In this document: positions 1 through 13,000 of the stretch, in pieces
Layout of the letters: the number at the start of each line of letters is the position of its first letter
Position numbering within the stretch: the stretch's first letter is position 1
DNA from: Trypanosoma brucei
Taxonomy: Eukaryota
DNA length: 64,000 nucleotides
Assembly (NCBI GenBank): GCA_000002445.1
Contig: AE017150.2
Location: 1,024,001-1,088,000 of the forward strand
Direction of reading: 5' to 3'
The notes under the pieces: model-generated
The model's database searches: none
What the model was told of the DNA's origin: nothing
The model's input: only the letters and a program-made list of their open reading frames with translations
Program-made: the position numbers and the translations under genes

Positions 1-519
1 CTCGGCATGAAGATGCAGTGCTCTCCCTTCGAGTGTGGTCGCGCCCCCACATTTCCCTGTAGACCTTGAACTGTCTAACTTTGCGATGTTCGGGCCTTCC
101 AATCACCGAGGATAGGCGCGACAGCGCAGGCGGATACCCTCGCCGGAGGACCAAAATTTCGTGCCATTTTCTATTAATTACTGTTGTGGCAGTTAAAATC
201 ATCACAACGCATAGCGAACCGTACGAACTCCGTCGGCAGCCTGCTGAACCGACAAGGTCCCTTTACTACGGACCACCGTCCGGCCTTCGCCAGCTGGTGA
301 AACAACCATTCCTCAATCGGGGCGCGCTCCCTGCCATAGAGTGCTCAGTTCAATTTCACCGCAGTGACCGTCGCCGTAACCGCCGCCAGACTGCATCCAC
401 ACGATAGAGGCACCAGGCTCCAACAGCCTGTTCAAAATTACCACCACAACCTGTAGTGGCGGTATCTTTCCAGGAAAGATTGGCCGCGTCTTGAGGCGCC
501 GGGAGAAAAAAACATATGT

Positions 520-600
520 ACGGAGGTTCGAACCTGCGGCCCCCAAGACGTAAGCACGGAAGTGCAATTTACGACACCTGGTCCATTGCATCGACGGAGC
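520..600 (-). promoter_or_regulatory. Divergently oriented tRNA-like element (B-box GGTTCGAACC at 527-536; A-box-like TGCAATGGACCAGG on the minus strand around 571-585) upstream of U2
   Basis: The B-box consensus GGTTCGANNCC lies about 155 bp upstream of the U2 start, and a D-loop/A-box-like motif lies about 104 bp upstream. The segment cannot be folded into a complete cloverleaf (no acceptor stem). This matches the known trypanosome arrangement in which upstream divergent tRNA-like A/B boxes drive snRNA genes. Confidence 0.5.
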
Positions 601-688
601 CCACCCGAATATATAATTACTTATTGAATTTATTCTTCGGTATTTCCTAGCTTGTTGCAGCCTACGGAACTTTTGGATAAGGCGCTGC

Positions 689-836
689 ATATCTTCTCGG
701 CTATTTAGCTAAGATCAAGTTATTAAACTGTTCTTATCAGAGTAACTCCTGATACGGGCCTTTGGCCCAAGGATCAAAACTGTTGGCTGTCCCGCGTTCT
801 TCCGGGGTTCCACTTGTCCGGATGGAGCGCGACGGT
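689..836 (+). ncRNA. U2: U2 small nuclear RNA gene (3' end approximate)
   Basis: The sequence from 689 reads ATATCTTCTCGGCTATTTAGCTAAGATCAAGTTATTAAACTGTTCTTATCAGAGTAACTCCTGATACGGGCCTTTGGCCC. This matches the conserved 5' end of U2 (branch-point-interacting GCTAAGATCAAGT..., stem-loop IIa, and the trypanosomatid-type 5' end ATATCTTCTCGG). A T-run follows near 856-862, consistent with a Pol III terminator. Confidence 0.8.
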
Positions 837-3800
837 CGCAAACGTTTTCCGACAAAACCAACCACTGAACGTTGTAAGGCAGTTATTGGAACGACCCGCA
901 TTTCCCATCACTTTATTCTCGCTTGGTGTATACTTTAACGCCTCGGATCCGCCGTGCCCCACCCGGGTGAGCGTCCGCGTGGTTCGCTCCTCCCTCCGTT
1001 TGGTCCTTCAAGTTCACTCTCGCAGGTCGAAAACCTCCTTTCATACGCGCCCACATGTTCTCACTTTCCGAAAAGACAATCCATTCACCTTTTTAAACCT
1101 TACAATGCTGGGAAGGAACCGCGGCCCATACTTCAACTTAACTACACAGGGACTCGGTTCGCCACTCCTTCCTGCTGAATTAACCGGAAAGCAATTCACA
1201 GCTTGAAATCGGACGCCACTGATAGGTAAAAACTCCTTGGTACCGACGAGAACAGAGGGAATAATTCACTTTTGCAGACTAAAAAAAGTTACGTACGATG
1301 TTAAACATAGCTCTTCCCGCACTTGCGCATCAAGGGACAACGCGGCCCAGAAGGAAGAGGTCCTACAACCAGGGGGAGCGATATCAGACTGCACGACTTT
1401 AAGGACGAGATTTCTTTCGGTTCGAGGAGGTGAATCTGCTTACAAAAACGTATTCAATGTAAATGAGATGTCGCACCTGTGGTAGTAATGATTCAATTTA
1501 GTGTTAACTGAGTATTGGGCCGCGAAAGAAAATCAGTTTGTACGATGCCCTCTCCCTCACACTCCCTGATCCTGCACTGGCACTCCTTTCAACTCCGTTT
1601 TCACAATGGTCACGGCTCCTTCGAATACAACGTCGGGCGAAGCGCTGGTGGCATGCCACTGGGCAGCCAGTACTTCTCCCATACGAGGAACACTGCGCAT
1701 CCCGAAACTCCTTCAACCCTTTTCCATCGGTGCTCGTTTTTGTATTGTGCACAGCAGTGCCGCTTAGTCGGGATTTCGCTTCATACCCTGTACTTCCACC
1801 ACTTAAGGCTCACAACAGTGCCGACAGTCAACGCAACCGTCCTTAAGGGAGCCGAGGGGAAACAAAAGGAAATACAAAATTCGGGCCGTCCACGCTCGCG
1901 TACACAGAGGTTCAAAACGCCCACGAAAACGCATACCTCCATATATTTATATTCATCCTCCGGAGACCAAAGAGGTGTACAGACCCCGATAAAATAGTTC
2001 ACCCGGCCTTTAATGCAGGTAAAGCACAACAAAAGTAAAGATAAAACGGTTTACGGCACCGGTTGCGGCGATTCCAAACTCATTTAATAATCGTGCTGAA
2101 CAAAATAAAAGCTTACCGCTGTGGCGACTGTCTCTATTGGCGCAACCTTTGTCGACCGAAGCGCTTTCCTGAGCGGAGGTGCTTCCACCGGAAACGGTAT
2201 TTATGGTGGGAAGCCTCTTTTAATTCTGCCAAAGGAGAAAAACCATTATGACGTCAAGGGCTTAGACAAACAAATACTCTGCAAGTGTGTCCGGAGTGTA
2301 ATGTAGGAGTGGATCACTCAACACACCACCATCGAACGGAGGAGAGGGAATCCCCGCATTACACCCCCTCCAGCGTTACGGAAGGAATATACGCTGATTC
2401 CCCAACACCATTAAGCCAGTGTAAGTGACCGGGCGATTGACCATCCAAGCAGAAATTTATGAGTCCTCTCAAAACTTGCGGCTCTTTTGCCCCCACCCCC
2501 TCCCCAATATACACAAGCACCTAAAAAATCCCTAACCATGTTCTGAAGGCCCTTACTATCTCCGACGCCTGACTTGACAGACGCGGCGTCTCAGAGATAG
2601 CAAACAGGCGAGGAAATGTGACATAAAGAAAGGTACTGCGAGCCCCTTCTGGGGCCGATGGGTATCCTTTGAGGGAGAGGATCGAATTCGTTTTCGCATT
2701 ACCCTGGTTTCATCTTCTCGGCATGCACCGCTACGTGCATGTAGTCGTTTTCGCCGAATGCCTTGTTCGTTCCAAGAGGCAAGCAAAAGATTTGACCGTT
2801 TACACGTTTTAAGCCTTACCAAAATTAGGGATAGATGTGCGGCGCGTCGTTCAGCGCCGTATAATAGTAATTCACCAGTTGAGTTAGCGAACCATATTGC
2901 TTTACAATTATTTTATGCCAAAATTTTTTTCTTGCCGTGCCGCTTCCGCGGTGCATCACAGCGCCCAAATAGAGGGACACTCCTTTTGGTAGTTAAGATA
3001 GCTGTGCTCCCCAAGAAAAATACCTACAACGGGTTGCGACAGAACTTTTCCCCAGACAAGCGGAGAAAACTACTGCACTTAATAAGGGGGCACGAAGGGA
3101 GCGCCTATGCTGAGAATCTGAACGAAATTTGGAAAGGTAATGTGGAGGGCAGGCCCAATAGCCGCCGCCAAAGAAAACTATTTTCGATGCGCGTCAAGCG
3201 GCAAGGGAACAACTTAGGTGTTGATGAGCGCAGCGTAAAAAAAAATTGTGCGATGGCTGTCTGTGGCTGTTGGAAAGGGGGCCAATTGGGGAGGTCAATG
3301 GCCAAGACGCTTCTTTGTGTTGCGCCTGCGGTAAATCGCCTGTCGCCTTAACGGCACTGTGCGGCACCTCACTGTGCTCTCGGCGGCGGGTGATGTGTCT
3401 GGAGGACGAATCCTGGGTGCATCTCCCGAAAATGTAAACATACAAGTGCGCTCGCCCTCTGTCAGTACCTATGGCTTCTCAGAGGGAACGGCGGGCGGAT
3501 AACCGCTCCTTCCCCCCGTTAACAAATGGTTTGAACTCTCCCTGTAATACTTTGCCCGTAGTTTCAACACAAAACAAGAAAAAAACCGGTTCTTTGCAAG
3601 TCTAAAAAGGAGTCTGTGGTCCAAACACCGCAGGGTAAAGACGTCGCTCTAGGGGATCTGTTGGCGTTGCGGTCCCATAGTTTTTGACAGGCCTTCGCTT
3701 TCCCACCTCTAGCGAGCGGTGCTTGCGATGACATCTTGTGAGATGAGTCTTGCTAGGAGACCCTCAGGAAACTGAGCAACTTTTGGCAGTAAGTTTTGGA

Positions 3801-6800
3801 GTCCAAAACTGTTTGGTGGCTTGAGGAGCCAGGTGCCACACCCACCACATCACGCGGTTTGACAGCGGATCGTCTTCCAAGATATGCCCCAGAAGCACAT
3901 AATTCGAGGCGCGACCGTTCTTTCTACACTTTTTGAGATGTTTAAGCTACTGACGGGTTGCTATATTCTATACCTTTCCCCTCAGAAGTATGGAGACCTC
4001 CTGATGTCGGCATGTTAAGCTATTGCGTCGCCGATGTCTCTCCCGTTGCGGTGCATCGCGGTGTTCCGGCCCCCGATAAGTTTGCGGGGCTCGACTTACG
4101 AATTCGTTTTTGCGGATTGGAGCCTTTGCCCCCTCTGTATAAGCGGTTGCGTAATCACACGGGTTGTCGAAAGGAGGAGCGGCATTGTATTTTTTTTCCT
4201 GTTCTTTGAAGTGGTGCTCACCCGTTGTTGGGCCCGTAAAGGGGTTGGCGAAGCGGTGGAATACCCCGGCGTCTTCCTGCAGTTACATTTCCCTCAGCCC
4301 GGATTCGTGTGGGACTCGTGGGTGCCCCTTTTAGCGACGGCCGGGTAGTCTGTCACCCGGTTTTTTTTACCCGAGCTCTCGGTGTTCCCTTTCCAATATG
4401 TTGCTGTCGCTGGCGTTTCGTTTGCTTCACTCCACTTTTTTCCCCCGGCACCGTGTCGTAAGGGCCCGTCCCGGCTTCCGCCTATTTGGCAATCAAGCCC
4501 CGTTGTCGCTTAGCGGGGCGTCGCCCTCTCTGAAGGTGGCTACCCCCCCTTTCCAGGCATTAGGAAACTGGTACTTTCTGCTGGAGAGAGTTCTGACACT
4601 CGCTAGTGGCTCCTTGCGGTTGGTGCACGAATGTGGGCAATTGCTTGGCGGACTGCCGGGGTTCGAGGCGAAACCGCCGGCAGCGGCGCCCCGCAAGTTA
4701 TTCGGAGGTTTCACCCTTGATTTCCCGCGCCTCCCGTGTTCCCGCTTCTTTCAGGGGGAATGACCGACACCCCTGTGATGTTTGTTAAGCAGGCTCGGGG
4801 CCTGTAAGTGTAAGTGCAAGTGTATGGGTGCAGGTGTATATGCGCTGGAGCCTTCTATGAGTGGTTACGTGGCTCCCACTGAATGGGGCAGAGAATGCTT
4901 ACCGACTCAGTCACACAAAAATACGGGAGTTGTTGAGTTTGTCTACTGAAGCTGGTCTGCTGTGTCTCAAGGTTGGCCGCTTTAACTAGTTGTTCGCGGC
5001 CGTGCCGTGGACGGGTGCGGTGGGAGAGGCCCTCGCAAGTTTCATCCTGATCCTTCTTCGCCAGCTGTGATAAGCGGCCCCATTTCTGTTAATTAGTGAA
5101 GTGTGGCGTGTTCATTAGTTGCTTCGTACGTTCATCCGCTTGGTGAGTTTATGGGGTTTGTTGGTCTACTGAGGTGAATCACATAGTTTCTGTTTGCGGC
5201 ATCTTTTACGGGGTATTTCTGTCAGGCGGTGCACTCTCTTTTTGGAAAAGAAGATGCGAGGACCGACTTTTTTTTCTATTTTTCTTCGTGCTGAAAGGTG
5301 CAGTATTTGCTGTATTTTTGAGTGCTTTTAATTTCCGCTTTTTCGCAAATGATGCTATGGCTTGAGCAGAACCAACAGCATGCGGCAGTGATAAGTGCAC
5401 TTGGCTGCCACTAACCTGCGCTTTATTTATGAAACCCACTTCTGTTTCCTTTTTTAAACCATCGACGGATATACGCGTTCAATAGTGTATACGGATCACT
5501 TTCCCTTCAGCTAACACGAGTTTGCGTTGTTACCCGGTTTCGAGATTCCTCGTACGTTACCAAGAGAACTAGTATGGAGACCGCGTTCGTAGTTTGTCTC
5601 AGTTGTGGCAATTCGTTATTTTTTGTTCATTTTAGTGTTTTACGTTCATGAATTTATGTCCTTGGCGAGGGACTTAGTGACGGATTGTAAGCAAGTACTC
5701 TACTTTCGTTCGGTTCTAATATTTTCATTGATCACACTGGTTCACTTGCCCCGGAATCGCCGGACCAAAATCACATGTTTCCTTTCGTAGGAAAGGGGAT
5801 GTGCGAACGTGAAATAAAGTTTGTGCTCTATTCGTATGGTTACGTTTATATATATATATATATATATTACTGTTTAGTGAAGGCGTATCTTTCAGTGAGA
5901 GAGGGAGAGAGATGATAATGAGAGATATTCCGTATTTCCTGTTTAGGATTATACAAGCATCTTCACTTTTTGGTACGTGCCGAAGAAGGCAGTTTTGGAT
6001 AGGTACCAAGTTTTGCCTTTCTCGAGGGATCGTTCTGTGTGCATTTTTCTTTTTCTTTTTTGAAAAGACCATCGCACTACTTATTTCGCCGTCAAGTACC
6101 TTTTCTTGCGATTCATTCCTTCTGTTTACTCATATAGGAACTCTAGATTCCTCATACTGGAACCGGTAGTTTATTATTATTATTATTGTTGCATGCGTGT
6201 TTAATGTCTGTTAATAACTAATTATAATGGTTTAAAATGTTCATAGTTCTCGCGCTACTGGTCATGTTTCTAAGACACTGTGGGTATTCCAATAATAACA
6301 TCATTTTTTTTATAAAAAAGTGAACTATAATATCTCTTATCCACTTTATCCGTTGGCAGTTTTTTCTTTTTTTCTTTTTTTAAAAAGGAGAATACATATT
6401 TTTTTGTTGCTAACCGGTTATTTCGTTGCATGGTCTGGTGTGTATCCCTCGCGGAGATTGGGAGTTGAGGTGACGGGAAGTATTAAGATAAGCTGTTGTG
6501 GAGCAATGATATTTATAGACACCCTTTTTTTTGCTTTCGTTACCTGCTAAAAGGTGACAGTGGTGAGGATTCCCCCCCTCCAAAGCAAAGGAGAGCGAAA
6601 CTGTTTTTTACCTGTGGAGGCAGCGCCGTTGTACGCGAGGGCATCTCAATGAAATTCCCTACTTAGCGTAGCGATTAATATCTAAGAGATCAGGTGGGGA
6701 CATTGTGGAGAAATCTGTTTATTCTATTTTAGAGCTTGCTCGGTACTGTTTGTTAAAGGCATTGCTGATGCTCATGCAAAGTGTTTTAACGGAGGACGTT

Positions 6801-7691
6801 ACGGCCGTTTTAGTTTCGGATGTCGCTACAACTTTGTTGCTGATGGGCGGGTTTACTCCCTTTTCTCTACTTTTTAGTGAAAATGTGATTTATGTTCAGT
6901 AATACCGAAGCCAACTGAGTTCTGTGTAATCCGTATCTGAGTGTGAATGAGGATTGTTAATTTTTCAAGTTTCTCTTCTGTTGTTGTTTACCCTTAATTT
7001 TGTTAAAAATTCAATCCGGGAGTTCCACGATATTGTTTTATTGAGATATCTATTTTAATTCGAGCAGTGTAATACCGTTTTTTTTTCTTAAAATGAGATG
7101 AGCAAGAGTCGATGAACATGAATATTTTGATTTTAGCCTATTTGGCCACCAACAACGACATTTTTCCATTTTTAACTCAAGCCGTTCCCTTCTACGATTT
7201 GAAAAAAAAATGTTGGAGTTTTTTGCGTGTGATACAGTAGTGCGGAGGATTATTTTCTTATTTTCTGTTTTCGTTTTACCCACATGGCCTGGTGGATTTG
7301 GGTGATATGCAAAATATGTTTGGCGGCCACACAATTGTGCATCGGGGTGAATAGTATCTACTTTCTTCTGCTACCGTTGGAACGGCCCCGTCGTGCTTGC
7401 TATCCGAAGGTATCATATTACGTATGTAACCGTTGTAGTTTTTCGTTCTACCCTTCCTGTTGGTGTGCTTTGTTTTATTTTCATTGCTGTCATTGTTCGC
7501 ACAAATATCAATACCCCCCTCCAAAAGACATATCGGGCCGTAATTTATTTGTTTTACAGTTTCGTGAACCCGTGGTAGTCGTGATACTCCATTTTTAAGG
7601 ATTATCAATTGCAGTGAGGTTATTGGTTTCGAGTTGAATTTTAAATCGTACAACTTCATAATTTTGACCCTTTCCTCCCCGCTGTAACCGA

Positions 7692-7744
7692 TTTTTCTCA
7701 CTCATTTTCAACATTCTCTCTTTAATTTTCTTTCCTCCCACCAG
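7692..7744 (+). promoter_or_regulatory. Polypyrimidine tract plus AG, a putative trans-splice acceptor for the TDP1 gene
   Basis: An uninterrupted C/T-rich run (ttttctcactcattttcaacattctctctttaattttctttcctcccaccag) ends in AG, about 225 nt upstream of the first ATG of the next CDS. Confidence 0.4.
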
Positions 7745-7967
7745 AAAGAGGGTATATATACGTTTTTGATACAAGTATACTTATAATTAGATTCATTAAA
7801 TTTAATGCCTTTATAATAGATAGTTCATCGTCACATTCACATCGTGACGTTTAATTTTTAGGTGGGTATAAAGCGGTTTGGTACATGCAAGTAGGTTTTA
7901 AGTCGACGTAGAATACATCCGCCGATTTTAAAAAAAAATTATTGTAGGCTGCGTGGAAAGAAAAAAA

Positions 7968-9629
7968 ATGGAGGAAACAAAGTTATGCCCATTTTGGGTT
8001 AGCAGAGTAAGCGGTTTAGCTACCGAGTCGCCGTCAGCCCTGACCCTATCCGATCTGCTACATTGTAATATTGAGGATCCAAGTGAGGTGTGGACGCATG
8101 TTGTGTTGGCAAATTACTTGATTGATTTGGAGTGGGTCTTCGATATGGCTACTTGCCTGCAACTCTCAAATTGTCATGTTATGATCGTTTCCGGTGAAGA
8201 GGGGTTAGCTGAGAGATATGCGGCGTCGCCTCTCGCTGGGTTACTCGGTAAGGAAAGAGTAGAAATAATTAAACCAAAACTTCCGTTACCATTCGGAGTT
8301 CATCATGGAAAATTGATATTGTGCGTAAATTCGAAAGGCGTAAGAATATCGGTGCTTACCGCAAATTTTATCGAGAGTGACTGGGGTAAAAAAACTCAAG
8401 GGATATACGTACAGGACTTTCCTCGTTTGGTTACATCATCTGCGAGTAGTAACTCGATGGGATCGTTGCAGGCCCTACGCAGATGCCGGGGAACAAGATT
8501 CAAAGAGGAAATAAAGCGGTACCTCAGCTGTATCGGTGCTATTTCTTCCACAACTGGGACGAATTGCATTCCACTATCTTTGCTAGATGAAGTTGATTAC
8601 AGCGGTGCGTGTGTGGAACTTGTTTCTTCTGTTCCGGGATGCCATCGCAACTCGGACGCCTATCGTTTCGGAATGGGCAGACTGCAGGAGGTCCTACGCG
8701 CCATGCAAATAAGCTCGCCGTCTGGTGAAAATTCTCCCACACTTGTATGGCAGTTTAGCTCCCAAGGGACGCTAACTAGCAATTTCCTAAGGTCTTTGGA
8801 GCGTGTTATGACTATCAGCACCGATAATACACCACTTCCAGATACGAAATCTCCAACGGTCCGGATCATTTATCCAACAGAAGCTGAAGTGAAGGGTTCG
8901 TTTGAGGGGTGGCATGGGGGACTATCGCTACCTGTTAGGCTGCGTTGCTGCCATCCCTACGTTAATGAAAGGCTGTATCGTTGGGGTCAGCGTCCGTACG
9001 CTGAGGGTGCTGACCGAGGGAGAAATAGGGCGATGCCCCATATAAAAACTTACATGCGCTTGACAGAAAATGGTGACGGACTGAAGTGGTTCATGCTAAC
9101 GAGTGCTAATCTGTCGCGGGCCGCTTGGGGGGAATGGCAAAAAGGCGGAACCCAGATCTTGATACGGTCCTATGAACTTGGGGTAGTGTATGGTACCGAT
9201 TCGTTTATTAACCCTGCGGATGGCGGACTATTCAGCGCGACACCTTCAAAACCGATACCGGTTCCGTCATCCATTGGTGGCGACGGTCTAGTGAGAGTGA
9301 AGATAAAAACTCTACCATCTGAATCAGATCGGGACGAACCAACACTCTTCTTGCCTTACAATCCCCTTAATCCTCAACCTTACGTAAGCACACTTCAGAT
9401 GCAGCAAAGAGAGCATAGACACACCGGCCATAGCTGTGTTTCCCAACTCAGCAGCCTTGATGTGCCCTGGCTAGTCGATCTACCTCATCGTGGGAAGGAC
9501 TGCTTGGGTAAGGAATTTCGTGATGTGTTGGAAGGTAGCAACCGCCGCGGGGAAGAGCCTGACCCGTTGAGGTCTGGAGGGTGTTGTGTTGGTGCGTTGG
9601 GGGAGAAACGAACCAACAGGGATGCGTGA
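7968..9629 (+). CDS. TDP1: Tyrosyl-DNA phosphodiesterase 1 (TDP1)
   Basis: Both HKN catalytic motifs are present. The first, GVHHGKLILCVN...RISVLTANFIESDWGKKTQGIY, aligns with human HHTKMMLL...VIHTSNLI..DW..KTQGIW. The second, MPHIKTYMR...WFMLTSANLSRAAWG, is nearly identical to human MPHIKTYMR...WFLVTSANLSKAAWG. The start was moved from the track's GTG (7953) to the first ATG. Confidence 0.85.
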   Translation: MEETKLCPFWVSRVSGLATESPSALTLSDLLHCNIEDPSEVWTHVVLANYLIDLEWVFDMATCLQLSNCHVMIVSGEEGLAERYAASPLAGLLGKERVEIIKPKLPLPFGVHHGKLILCVNSKGVRISVLTANFIESDWGKKTQGIYVQDFPRLVTSSASSNSMGSLQALRRCRGTRFKEEIKRYLSCIGAISSTTGTNCIPLSLLDEVDYSGACVELVSSVPGCHRNSDAYRFGMGRLQEVLRAMQISSPSGENSPTLVWQFSSQGTLTSNFLRSLERVMTISTDNTPLPDTKSPTVRIIYPTEAEVKGSFEGWHGGLSLPVRLRCCHPYVNERLYRWGQRPYAEGADRGRNRAMPHIKTYMRLTENGDGLKWFMLTSANLSRAAWGEWQKGGTQILIRSYELGVVYGTDSFINPADGGLFSATPSKPIPVPSSIGGDGLVRVKIKTLPSESDRDEPTLFLPYNPLNPQPYVSTLQMQQREHRHTGHSCVSQLSSLDVPWLVDLPHRGKDCLGKEFRDVLEGSNRRGEEPDPLRSGGCCVGALGEKRTNRDA

Positions 9630-10073
9630 GATTGCATCGTGTTTTTTCTAAGTTATATTTAATTTTTAGAATTTCAGTTAATATTTTGTTTCATGACTTT
9701 ACGTGTTTGGGCACCAAATTCTCTCTTTACAGTGACCTCTTCCTTTACTGTCTTCTTGTTGCTCATTGCAACAAGGCGCACTTCCGTTCCTGCCGCAACG
9801 TGAAAGGATTATACGACTGACTCTGCCCCTCATCGTAGATTTTAGTGTCGTTTACCACCGTTACGTGTTCTTTCATGCTTCTCTACTTAATGTTTCCATT
9901 TCAATAGTTGTTTGATAGCCCAGAAACCACAAAAGAGTAAAGGGTTGAGGTGCAAAAGTTGATTTCACTTTGGAGCCGCATTGTTGACAGAGGGTAATCC
10001 TTTCGTTTTTGCTGTTAAAGGTGGCGTGCGCGGCAAGCCAAGGCCTGTATACAGTTTTCTGGGGGATCTGGCA

Positions 10074-13000
10074 ATGGGTGAAGCAGATGCGCCTTCTGGG
10101 GGTCAAGAATCAAACTACTTACCTGTGGCAGCCGTAGTGAACAGCGGAAGTGCATCAGGTTCAGGTGCTCACCGTGGTCCGAGACATCAACGTGAGAGAT
10201 CGGGCGGAAACGAAAACACTGAGAATGTACCTCCGCTGCCGAAGACTGGGCTAACCAATGCATCGTTCGTGAGGTTGGAGGATCCTCGTGATATTGGTGA
10301 GGCCACTTCTACCGAAATACTGTCTGAACCAGATGACGAAGAGGAACATTTGGTTACTTATCATGGCGTGAAGCTTAACGGGGACAATTGGGTTGACGTG
10401 CTGAGGGGATCGCGTGCTGTATTCGACGATGCCTTGGGTGCTGACGTATGCGATATGCTTGCGCTTCCTCGCAGTAGTGTGAGGGATGTAAAGGTGGGCG
10501 CTGATGGACAGTCGGTTATGTTTGGTGTGCGGCACCCCTTTTCACTACAAAAGGACGAAGTAAATAAGGCACTGGAGAGCTGCCGGTTTACCAGTACGTT
10601 GAAGTTGTACGATCTGCAAACTGATTCTGGTCCATTGGAAACTGACTCTCCCGTACTCAAGGCCTCTGAGAGTGCACCCCCATCGCTCCGTGACGAGGAG
10701 TCTTCACAGCATGGTGATATTAAGGGTGCCTCGTCTGTGAAAAAGATCAAACCTCGTAATCACAACATAGGTGCTTGTTCAATTACTGGCCATTCTGCTT
10801 CCGTTGAAGTGTTGTACGGTGCGATTTACGATGAAGACGCTGCCGTAACGCACCACCGCGTAAAGTTTAACGGCAACAATTGGGACTCTATTGTGCACCA
10901 CAAGGGTATGGCCATAAGGGAGGCGTTTGATACTGACGTGAGTAATGCGCTGGGTCTGCCCCGGGGCAGCGTGGAGGATGTGACATTGGCTCCTGATGGG
11001 CTTTCAATGAGTTTTAGTGTGCGACACCCAGCATCATTGCGGAGAAAAGATGTTAATAAAATTCTGGCGAAGTGCCCATTTGAGAACACATGGAGGTTAT
11101 ATGAATCAAAGAAATCTTTTAATAACTCCAGAGTTGCCTCTTTTGTGCTCAGATCGTCGGTGAACGCACCTCCATCGCTGAGGGCCGAAGAGGACGTAGG
11201 AGTGGTGCTGGGTGACTGGGACGCCAACCCACCCTTTGAATTTCTTGTCCCAGCTACTGCGTCACAGATGACGGTTGTGAGGCCCCCTAATGCAGCCAGT
11301 GGTGAATGTAACATTAACTCTATGCCCGATGATATCCTGATCAATACAGAAGGTGAAGGTTTTGGCACTGTAACACGTCATGAAGTAAAATTTGAGGGAG
11401 ACAATTGGGGTGTTGTGCATGAGAAGAAGCGTGTTGCATTTGATGAAGCATTCGACGCTGACATATGCGGTGCATTGGGCGTACCTCGGGGAAGTGTGGA
11501 GGATATGGTGTTAGCTTCTGATGGACAGTTGGTTTCGTTTGGTGTGCGGCATCCTGCCTCCTTAGGGAAAAAAGATATCAACAAAGCCCTATCGAGCTGC
11601 CCATTTGAAAACACATGGAAGTTGTATGAACCAAAGAAGTCCGCTTCTCCCTCGGAGCTCAACTCACCTGTTATGAAGGCCACTAAGGGTGAGCTTGCGC
11701 CACTGCGAGCGGGGGAAGTTGTGGGACCAACACCCTTGGAGGTAGGGGGGCCTCGTGACCTTGCTGCTGATGGTGCTACTGCAAAGACGTCCGGTCAACC
11801 CGTTGACGTAGAGACAAATGTACTAACGCGTCACCGTGTAAAGTTTCACGGAGACAATTGGGGTGTTGTGCATGAGAAGAAGCGTGTTGCATTTGATGAA
11901 GCATTCGACGCTGACATATGCGGTGCATTGGGCGTACCTCGGGGAAGTGTGGAGGATATGGTGTTAGCTTCTGATGGACAGTTGGTTTCGTTTGGTGTGC
12001 GGCATCCTGCCTCCTTAGGGAAAAAAGATATCAACAAAGCCCTATCGAGCTGCCCATTTGAAAACACATGGAAGTTGTATGAACCTAAGAAGTCCGCTTC
12101 TCCCTCGGAGCTCAACTCACCTGTTATGAAGGCCACTAAGGGTGAGCTTGCGCCACTGCGAGCGGGGGAAGTTGTGGGACCAACACCCTTGGAGGTAGGG
12201 GGGCCTCGTGACCTTGCTGCTGATGGTGCTACTGCAAAGACGTCCGGTCAACCCGTTGACGTAGAGACAAATGTACTAACGCGTCACCGTGTAAAGTTTC
12301 ACGGAGACAATTGGGGTGTTGTGCATGAGAAGAAGCGTGTTGCATTTGATGAAGCATTCGACGCTGACATATGCGGTGCATTGGGCGTACCTCGGGGAAG
12401 TGTGGAGGATATGGTGTTAGCTTCTGATGGACAGTTGGTTTCGTTTGGTGTGCGGCATCCTGCCTCCTTAGGGAAAAAAGATATCAACAAAGCCCTATCG
12501 AGCTGCCCATTTGAAAACACATGGAAGTTGTATGAACCAAAGAAGTCCGCTTCTCCCTCGGAGCTCAACTCACCTGTTATGAAGGCTACTAAGGGTGAGC
12601 TTGCGCCACTGCGAGCGGGGGAAGTTGTGGGACCAACACCCTTGGAGGTAGGGGGGCCTCGTGACCTTGCTGCTGATGGTGCTACTGCAAAGACGTCCGG
12701 TCAACCCGTTGAACGAGAGGATGGATGTGTAACTTCCCATGCTTTGAAGCTTGAGGGAGACAATTGGGGTGCTGTGTATGAAAAGAAGCGTGCTGCATTT
12801 GATGAAGCATTCGACGCTGACATATGTGATACACTGGGCGTACCTCGGGGAAGTGTGGAGGATATGGTGTTAGCTTCTGATGGACAGTTGGTTTCGTTTG
12901 GCGTGCGGCATCCTGCCTCCTTAGGGAAAAAAGATATCAACAAAGCCCTTTCGAGCTGCCCATTTGAAAACACATGGAAGTTGTATGAACCAAAGAAGTC

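Noticed and set aside
520-600. Possible complete tRNA gene on the minus strand (GGTTCGAACC T-loop-like motif)
   Set aside because: No acceptor stem can be formed, because the 5' and 3' ends are direct, not inverted, repeats. I interpret it as the tRNA-like A/B-box promoter element of U2, not a tRNA.
3700-3800. Possible C/D-box snoRNA (gcgatgacatc ... ctgagc)
   Set aside because: The C box is imperfect (CGATGAC versus RUGAUGA), and there is no convincing terminal stem or guide complementarity that I can verify by eye.
66-7701. Track ORFs in the first 7.9 kb (for example 2758-3351 at 197 aa; 1515-1997 at 160 aa; 7276-7701 at 141 aa)
   Set aside because: They are low-complexity or biased translations, many are started by TTG/GTG in the track, and none has a recognisable motif or a polypyrimidine/AG context. 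I did not call them genes.
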